Shown: positions 58,175 to 64,000 of the stretch, in pieces
Position numbering within the stretch: the first letter of the stretch is position 1
Layout of the letters: each line of letters begins with the position of its first letter
Source: Ruminococcus sp.
GTDB lineage: Bacteria; Bacillota; Clostridia; Oscillospirales; Ruminococcaceae
Direction of reading: 5' to 3'
NCBI GenBank assembly: GCA_015066715.1
Contig: SVNU01000001.1
Span: 12,318 to 76,317, forward strand
DNA: 64,000 nt
The notes under the pieces: generated by a model
Databases searched by the model: none
Told to the model about the DNA's origin: nothing
Seen by the model: the letters and a program-made list of their open reading frames with translations, nothing else
Program-made: the position numbers and the translations under genes

Positions 58175-58234
58175 TCCTTTTTAACTTTGGCAAAGGCCTT
58201 TTTTAAAAAGAATATGCACAGAGAAATAAATTTA

Positions 58235-59038
58235 TTACTTTGACAGTTCGTACGCCCTCTTTGTACATGCCTGACATGCATTGTCCGCAACTTCTGTAAG
58301 TCTGCCCTCGTAAAGTCTGTCAAGCCCTGCAAGAGTAGTGCCGCCCGGTGACGAAACCATTTTAATAAGCTCATCAATACTGTAACCGGAATCGGTAATC
58401 ATTTTTGCCGAACCAATAAGAGACTGTGCAAAAAGCGCCTTTGAGGTTTCCTCGTCAAAGCCTGCCTTTTTACCATAGTCGATAAATCCCTTTGCATAAA
58501 GATATATAAAAGCCGGACTGCTGCCGTTCAAAGCAATTACTTCCTTCATTTTGCTTTCAGGAATAACAGCCACCTTTCCGCATTCCGAAAAAATATCACA
58601 TACAAGAGTAAACTTGTCCTGCGGTACATTTTCCGCATGCCCTACAGCTGTTGCGCCCTCTCCAAGAAGAAGCGGCGTATTCGGCATTACAAGAACAACC
58701 TTTGCTTCATCCTTTCCGAGAGTTTTTCTGATAAATTCCGCTGTAATTCCTGCGGCAATTGAAACAAAAACCGTTTCTGTACGTACATGTTCCTTTATTG
58801 AAACCAGAACATCCTCAAATACCTGCGGCTTAACCGCAAGGAAAACTATATCACATATATCGCATATCTCATCTGCACTTTCAGCTTTTTTCACACCATA
58901 TTCCGAAAGCGAGCTTACCTTTTCAGCATCCATATCAAAGGCAAATATTTCGCAATTATCATTCATTCCGCTTTTGGCAATACCCTTCATAATGGCGCTT
59001 CCCATATTTCCGGCGCCTATAAATCCGATTTTATTCAT
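58235..59038 (-). CDS. proC: Pyrroline-5-carboxylate reductase
   Basis: IGFIGAGNMG, LAVKPQ, SIAAG, MPNTP, GSSPA, VSSPGGTT. Confidence 0.97.
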   Translation of the reverse strand: MNKIGFIGAGNMGSAIMKGIAKSGMNDNCEIFAFDMDAEKVSSLSEYGVKKAESADEICDICDIVFLAVKPQVFEDVLVSIKEHVRTETVFVSIAAGITAEFIRKTLGKDEAKVVLVMPNTPLLLGEGATAVGHAENVPQDKFTLVCDIFSECGKVAVIPESKMKEVIALNGSSPAFIYLYAKGFIDYGKKAGFDEETSKALFAQSLIGSAKMITDSGYSIDELIKMVSSPGGTTLAGLDRLYEGRLTEVADNACQACTKRAYELSK

Positions 59039-59153
59039 TTTCCGACTCCTTTCAAAACAGTATAGTAATAATTATATCGCAAAACCGACAAAAAAACAAG
59101 TACTATTTTAAAATTTACTGAAACAATAATGGGATTGCCCTACGGCAATCCCT

Positions 59154-59450
59154 CAGTTTGTCGAAAAAGTCGTTTTTGAAATTTCAAACTAAAAGTTTTT
59201 TGGTCCAGCAATTTTTTCAAAAATGCTGGCGGAATCCAAAGGCAGAGCCTTTGGTCGCTCACCGCAGTGAGCGAAAATTCCATGTCGAAGGCGCATTTAC
59301 GAGGGGTGAATTGATAAAACAGCCCGGTGGGCTGTTTTTCAAGAGGGGACGCTTTGCAAGAAAAAGCGTCCCCTTACTATCTTTCCTCGTTATTTAAATC
59401 TGCCGATTTAATCGGCACAATAATCAAAAATGAGGTTTTTCTACAGTCTG
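59154..59450 (+). mobile_element. MITE-like element, copy B (297 bp), with a 24-bp duplicated hairpin target
   Basis: Imperfect TIR CAGTTTGTCGAAAAAGTC / GGTTTTTCTACAGTCTG; flanks 59130-59153 and 59451-59474 differ at one base. Confidence 0.85.
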
Positions 59451-59460
59451 TGGGATTGCC

Positions 59461-60738
59461 CTACAGCAATCCCTTACAACTTTCTTTAAATTCCCTGTAC
59501 ATATACAAAGATCCAAGCACCAGAAGCGGAAGCTTATTTTTTTCCGAATACTGCAAAGCCCTCATAAGACCATCGGAAAAATTATCGGAAGCTCTGGCAT
59601 TTATACCGTTTCCACTAAGAAATCCGGCTAAAGCATCTGCGCTTAAAGAACGTGGATTATCGGGTGTGACTGTAAATACAACATCCGCAATATCCCTGAG
59701 CATATCCGGATAAAGCGAATACTCCTTATCCTCCATAACCCCCATGAGCAATACTGTCCTCTGTCCGCCAAAACATTTTTTTACCGTTTTTACCGCTTCC
59801 TGCATTCCACAGGGATTATGTGCACCATCAAAAATAACAGGTGGATTTTTTCTTATTATCTCAAATCTGCCTTCCCACACTGTTTTCTCAAGTCCCCTGA
59901 AAACTGCATTATCGCTTATTGTCATCCCCTGACCGTGAAGTATTTCAACAGCTGTCAGAACATTTGCGGCATTTACAGTCTGATAGCTTCCCAAAAGCGA
60001 AAGCCTTATATCCCTGTATTTTCCGAAACTGAACACAGTACCGTTTACACTGAAGTTTTCATCGGAAATTCTATTTGTATCCGTAACATAAAGCCTTGCT
60101 GACATCGTCATGGCTTTATTTTCAATAACGTCAAAGGCTTCGTTACGCTCACCGCCATAAAGAACAGGACAGTTTCTTTTTATTATCCCTGCCTTATGTG
60201 CGGCAATTTCCGCAAGACTGTTTCCAAGTATGCCGCAATGGTCCTTCTGAACATTTGTAATCACAGACAAAACAGGTTTTTCCAATACATTAGTAGAATC
60301 GGTATCACCGCCAAGACCGCATTCAATTATACAGATATCACAGCCGCATTTATAAAACATCTCAAACGCCGCCGCTGTCAGAAGTTCAAATTCTGTAGGA
60401 CTGTCAGGCATCCTATCAGCCTTTTCTATAACCTTGTTTAAAGTATCTGCAAAAACTTCGTCCGACACTGCTTTACAGTCAAGACGAAAACAGTCGTTTA
60501 CTCTCACAAGGGACGGTGACGAAAATACCCCGACACTGTACCCTGCCTCTTTTAAAACAGATGAAAGCATTGCGGAAAATGAGCCCTTTCCATTAGTTCC
60601 GGAAACATGAACAACCTTCAGCTTTTCCTGCGGATTCATAAGAAGCTCAAGAAGCTTTTTTATTCTTGAAAGACCCAGTACACTTCCCTTTACCGACGCT
60701 TTTTTCAGATATTCAAGTACATGCTCATATTTCATCAT
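59461..60738 (-). CDS. folC: Folylpolyglutamate/dihydrofolate synthase
   Basis: HVSGTNGKGS, TEFE, ECGLGG.TDSTN, KAGIIK, WEGRFE, DGAHN, GSLY. Confidence 0.96.
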   Translation of the reverse strand: MMKYEHVLEYLKKASVKGSVLGLSRIKKLLELLMNPQEKLKVVHVSGTNGKGSFSAMLSSVLKEAGYSVGVFSSPSLVRVNDCFRLDCKAVSDEVFADTLNKVIEKADRMPDSPTEFELLTAAAFEMFYKCGCDICIIECGLGGDTDSTNVLEKPVLSVITNVQKDHCGILGNSLAEIAAHKAGIIKRNCPVLYGGERNEAFDVIENKAMTMSARLYVTDTNRISDENFSVNGTVFSFGKYRDIRLSLLGSYQTVNAANVLTAVEILHGQGMTISDNAVFRGLEKTVWEGRFEIIRKNPPVIFDGAHNPCGMQEAVKTVKKCFGGQRTVLLMGVMEDKEYSLYPDMLRDIADVVFTVTPDNPRSLSADALAGFLSGNGINARASDNFSDGLMRALQYSEKNKLPLLVLGSLYMYREFKESCKGLL

Positions 60739-61289
60739 TTCCTGTACACCTTATCAAGCTGTCTCACAAAGGACTTGTTTTTCATAAGCAGATAGATTAT
60801 ATAAAACTCAACAATTCCGATTCCCATATAAAGCGGTATTCTCAGTGCAAGAAGCTCTATTGTGTAGCCGAAGTACACATACATCCCGATTGATTTTACT
60901 ATAACCGAACCTATTAAGTGCGCAAGTCCCACCGAAAGAGCCATTCTTGGAAGAAGCTTGTTTTTAAATGTACAGTGTGACACTATTCCGGAAATAAGTC
61001 CTATCAGCGACGCACCAAGTGTTATAATCGGATTTATTGCATACCCATAAAGAATACAGCCGATAATATCCGCCGCCGCACCTGTAACAAGTCCGATTAC
61101 CGGACCAAACATAATCCCCGACATAAGCACTGTAAGATTTTCAAAGCTTATACGAACAGGGCCTGCTGTAATTGACAGGAATTTCCCAAGAACAATGCTC
61201 ATAGCAATAAAAAGCGCTGTTATTACGAGAACTCTCGCATTTGCAAAAAGTTTAAAATTATCTGAAATTGTATGTGTTTTTACTGACAT
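60735..61289 (-). CDS. folT: Folate ECF transporter S component
   Basis: ALFIAMSIVL, RISF, GIMFGP..G...G..ADIIG; downstream of a THF riboswitch; start ATG 61289. Confidence 0.9.
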   Translation of the reverse strand: MSVKTHTISDNFKLFANARVLVITALFIAMSIVLGKFLSITAGPVRISFENLTVLMSGIMFGPVIGLVTGAAADIIGCILYGYAINPIITLGASLIGLISGIVSHCTFKNKLLPRMALSVGLAHLIGSVIVKSIGMYVYFGYTIELLALRIPLYMGIGIVEFYIIYLLMKNKSFVRQLDKVYRK

Positions 61290-61338
61290 AAAAATACCTC
61301 CCTTTCCACACTCAGTATGACATGAAAAAGAAGGTACA

Positions 61339-61375
61339 AAAGCGGCATCGCAAAACAATACGCAATACCGCTTTA
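61339..61375 (-). terminator. Expression-platform terminator of the THF riboswitch
   Basis: Minus strand GCGGTATTGC..GCGATGCCGC-TTTT. Confidence 0.7.
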
Positions 61376-61387
61376 ATTAGTCATATT

Positions 61388-61486
61388 AAGCGGGATGCGG
61401 AAACTGCACCGCAAGTTTTTTCAACTTTTCGTTCTGACGGCAACTCCCCGTCCGTCAGACACTTAACGCACAGCTTCCTACTCTGT
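61388..61486 (-). ncRNA. THF riboswitch aptamer
   Basis: Minus strand CAGAGTAGG..GCGTTAAGTG..GGGGAGTTGCC..ACGAAA..TTGCGG..CGCATCCCGCT; upstream of folT-folC. Confidence 0.92.
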
Positions 61487-61516
61487 AATGATTTTTTATT
61501 TTTTTATTCTTATTTA

Positions 61517-62479
61517 TTAAAATGCAATTTCACCGGCAATGTGATAAAGATTTTCCTCGAAAGGCTTCTTCATTGAAAGTGCTTCCTGAATATCGAAGTC
61601 TACGATTTCAGACTTCTGCATACCTACAACTCTGTTACCCTTGCCCTGTGAAAGAAGCTCAACAGCATAGTATGCCATCTGACTTGCAACAACTCTGTCT
61701 CTTACTGTTGGTGAACCACCTCTCTGAACGTGTCCGAGAATTGTAGCTCTTGCTTCAATGCCTGTCTTTTCTTCAAGAACTCTTGCGATTTCCTCTGAAT
61801 GACCAACACCCTCTGAAACCATGATAATAAAGTGCTGCTTGCCTGTCTTTCTTGACTCAAGCATCTTCTTTGCAACATCATCAAGATCATAAGGCACTTC
61901 ATTTGTAATAATGTATGTTGCACCGCATGCGATACCTGCATTAAGAGCAATATAGCCAGCTCGTCTGCCCATTACTTCAACAACACTGCATCTGTCATGT
62001 GACTGTGTTGTATCACGAAGCTTGTCTACCATTTCAACAACAGTATTCATAGCTGTATCGTAACCGATAGTATATTCTGTACATGCAATATCGTTATCAA
62101 TTGTACCAGGGAGACCTACGCAGAGAATACCCTTTGCTGAAAGGTCAGCCGCACCTCTGAATGAACCGTCACCGCCGATTACTACAATACCCTCAAGTCC
62201 AAGCTTTTCGCACATGTTCTTGGCAATGTCAACGCCTTCTTCTGTTCTGAACTCATGGCATCTTGCTGTGTAAAGGCATGTACCGCCTCTCTGGATAATA
62301 TCAGAAACGCTTCTTTCGTTCATTTCAAAAACGTCACCGTTGATAAGACCATTATATCCTCTGCGGATGCCGTAAACCTGCATACCCTTTCTCATAGCTG
62401 CTCTTGCTACTGCTCTTACAGCTGCATTCATACCAGGTGCGTCGCCGCCACTTGTTAAAATACCAATCTTCTTTATCAT
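61517..62479 (-). CDS. pfkA: ATP-dependent 6-phosphofructokinase
   Basis: ILTSGGDAPGMNAA, GGDGS..G, PGTIDND, EVMGR, LGHVQRGG; start moved to ATG 62479. Confidence 0.98.
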   Translation of the reverse strand: MIKKIGILTSGGDAPGMNAAVRAVARAAMRKGMQVYGIRRGYNGLINGDVFEMNERSVSDIIQRGGTCLYTARCHEFRTEEGVDIAKNMCEKLGLEGIVVIGGDGSFRGAADLSAKGILCVGLPGTIDNDIACTEYTIGYDTAMNTVVEMVDKLRDTTQSHDRCSVVEVMGRRAGYIALNAGIACGATYIITNEVPYDLDDVAKKMLESRKTGKQHFIIMVSEGVGHSEEIARVLEEKTGIEARATILGHVQRGGSPTVRDRVVASQMAYYAVELLSQGKGNRVVGMQKSEIVDFDIQEALSMKKPFEENLYHIAGEIAF

Positions 62480-62623
62480 TATATTAACTCCTATCTGCCC
62501 ACAGGGCATATTAATCTCAGTCCATGCACTTGCTTCAGAGGCTCTGTCCCCGATATGCAACGTATTGCATAAAAGCATCATATAAGACTGCTAACATCAT
62601 AATGTGAATGTCACCTATATATT

Positions 62624-62651
62624 ATTGTACTACATTTCAGATTTTTGTCAA
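62624..62651 (-). promoter_or_regulatory. SigA-type promoter of pfkA
   Basis: TTGACA-N16-TACAAT. Confidence 0.65.
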
Positions 62652-62699
62652 GACCTTTCGTGCCAAAATGATGAAATTTTTTTCTTAATTTCTGTATAA

Positions 62700-64000
62700 T
62701 TAATCTATAAGACCTGCATTTTCATTTCCAAGAAGCCTACAAATCTCATTTAAAAGCTTCTGATTGAGCGTAACACCCGGAATATTTTTAGGCTTTATCA
62801 TTTTTTTCAGGTCTGTAAGGTAAAAACAAATATCATTTTCACCACTGAAGCCGTTCAGAATCTCTGTAAGTCTTAAAATCTTTTCTTTTTCCCGGCTGCA
62901 AACCTTTATACAAAGCTTCTTTTGCTTAACAAGCCTTTGAAATTCCTCCTCATCAAAAATATTCTCAGCAACAAAGGAATCATTATACTTTGAATTTGAA
63001 GAAATTTTCCCTTTAATAAACAAAAGCTTCCCGTACTCAAGCTTTTTTTCATTCTGCAGAAAAACATCCGGAAATGCGGTACATTCCGTAAAGCCTGTTG
63101 AGTCCTGAAGGGTTAAAAAGCCCATTTTTCTGCCTGTTGATGTGTACCGCACAGACATATCCTCCATAACTCCGCACAGGCATACCGGCGTATCGTTGGT
63201 ATATTTTCTTTCCTTGAGCTTATCAGAAATTTCTCTTGCTGCCGGTACATGCATAAGCTCAAGTATCGTCTTGTAAGGGTCAGTCGGATGCCCTGAAATA
63301 TACATTCCTGTGGCAAATTTTTCAAAGCATAACAAATCTGCATACCTGAATTCCTCCATAGGTGCAAATTCTTCAAATACACCTGTACGGTTTTCGGTTT
63401 CATCTGAAAAAAGTCCCATCTGCCCTTCTATATTTGAACGTGAAATTTCCCCTGCTGTATCAAGAAGCGATACATAATTTGAAATCATCTGCCGTCTGTT
63501 TGCGCCAAGACCGTCAAAAGCACCTGCCTTTATAAGATACTCAACTGCCGTTCTGCTTATTCTGCTTTCGGCCATACGCTGGCAGAAATTCTGAAGATTT
63601 GTAAAATCCCCGTATCTGTCTCTGTCAGCTATAATTTCCTTTATAACCCCTGCCCCAAGGGTTTTGATTGCGAGAAGTCCGTATCTTATATCATCACCTT
63701 CAACGGTAAAATGCTCATAGCTTCGGTTTATGTCAGGTCTTAAAACAGTGATTGAGTTTTTTTTGCACTCATCAACATATTCCGTAAGCTTGTCTGTATT
63801 GTCAAGGACGCTTGACATAAGCGCCGCCATATACTCTCTCTGATAGTGACATTTGAGATATGCCGTCTGATAGGAAAGATACGCATAGGCTGCCGCATGT
63901 GACTTATTGAAAGCATACGAAGCAAAGCCGCTCATCTCATCAAAAATTTCATTTGCAGTTTGCTCAGACACTCCGTTTGCAACTGCTCCGCAGCAAGGCG
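62700..64000 (-). CDS. dnaE: DNA polymerase III alpha subunit, C-terminal part (5' end outside window)
   Basis: FASYAFNKSHAAAY, PDINRS, IRYGL.AIK, LIKAGAFD, G.YISGHP, OB fold. Confidence 0.95.
   Translation of the reverse strand, partial: PCCGAVANGVSEQTANEIFDEMSGFASYAFNKSHAAAYAYLSYQTAYLKCHYQREYMAALMSSVLDNTDKLTEYVDECKKNSITVLRPDINRSYEHFTVEGDDIRYGLLAIKTLGAGVIKEIIADRDRYGDFTNLQNFCQRMAESRISRTAVEYLIKAGAFDGLGANRRQMISNYVSLLDTAGEISRSNIEGQMGLFSDETENRTGVFEEFAPMEEFRYADLLCFEKFATGMYISGHPTDPYKTILELMHVPAAREISDKLKERKYTNDTPVCLCGVMEDMSVRYTSTGRKMGFLTLQDSTGFTECTAFPDVFLQNEKKLEYGKLLFIKGKISSNSKYNDSFVAENIFDEEEFQRLVKQKKLCIKVCSREKEKILRLTEILNGFSGENDICFYLTDLKKMIKPKNIPGVTLNQKLLNEICRLLGNENAGLID

Overview
Chromosomal segment of a low-GC Firmicute, most likely an Oscillospiraceae/Ruminococcus-like gut anaerobe (taxonomy inferred from gene content and repeat style). 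Almost all genes are on the minus strand. From left to right: (1) a C39-like peptidase and two paralogous TM/winged-helix/Zn-ribbon genes; (2) a PyrR-attenuated pyrR-pyrC-pyrF-carA-carB operon; (3) trmB, an esterase, nfnAB and yajC; (4) a ~31 kb flagellar locus (flgB to flgG, a second FliK-like/FlhB-C pair, PilZ, FapA, flagellin, GT2-TPR glycosyltransferase); (5) a large UPF1/DNA2-like SF1 helicase; (6) an AT-rich run of small accessory genes; (7) pnp, rpsO, spoIIM-like, proC, folC/folT with a THF riboswitch, pfkA and partial dnaE. Three observations stand out. First, the flagellar motor looks uncoupled from chemotaxis: FliM lacks its CheY-P-binding peptide, both FliY phosphatase sites are degenerate, and cheY, fliL, flhF/flhG and the che genes are missing from their usual slots, while stator and export genes are intact. 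Second, there is a ~297-bp MITE-like family (2 full copies, 1 partial) that sits at the foot of stem-loops and duplicates the whole 24-28 bp hairpin, and whose internal hairpins show compensatory base changes. Third, CarA has its glutaminase His/Glu replaced by Tyr/Gln, suggesting an ammonia-dependent carbamoyl-phosphate synthetase. No tRNA, rRNA, CRISPR array or transposase was seen.
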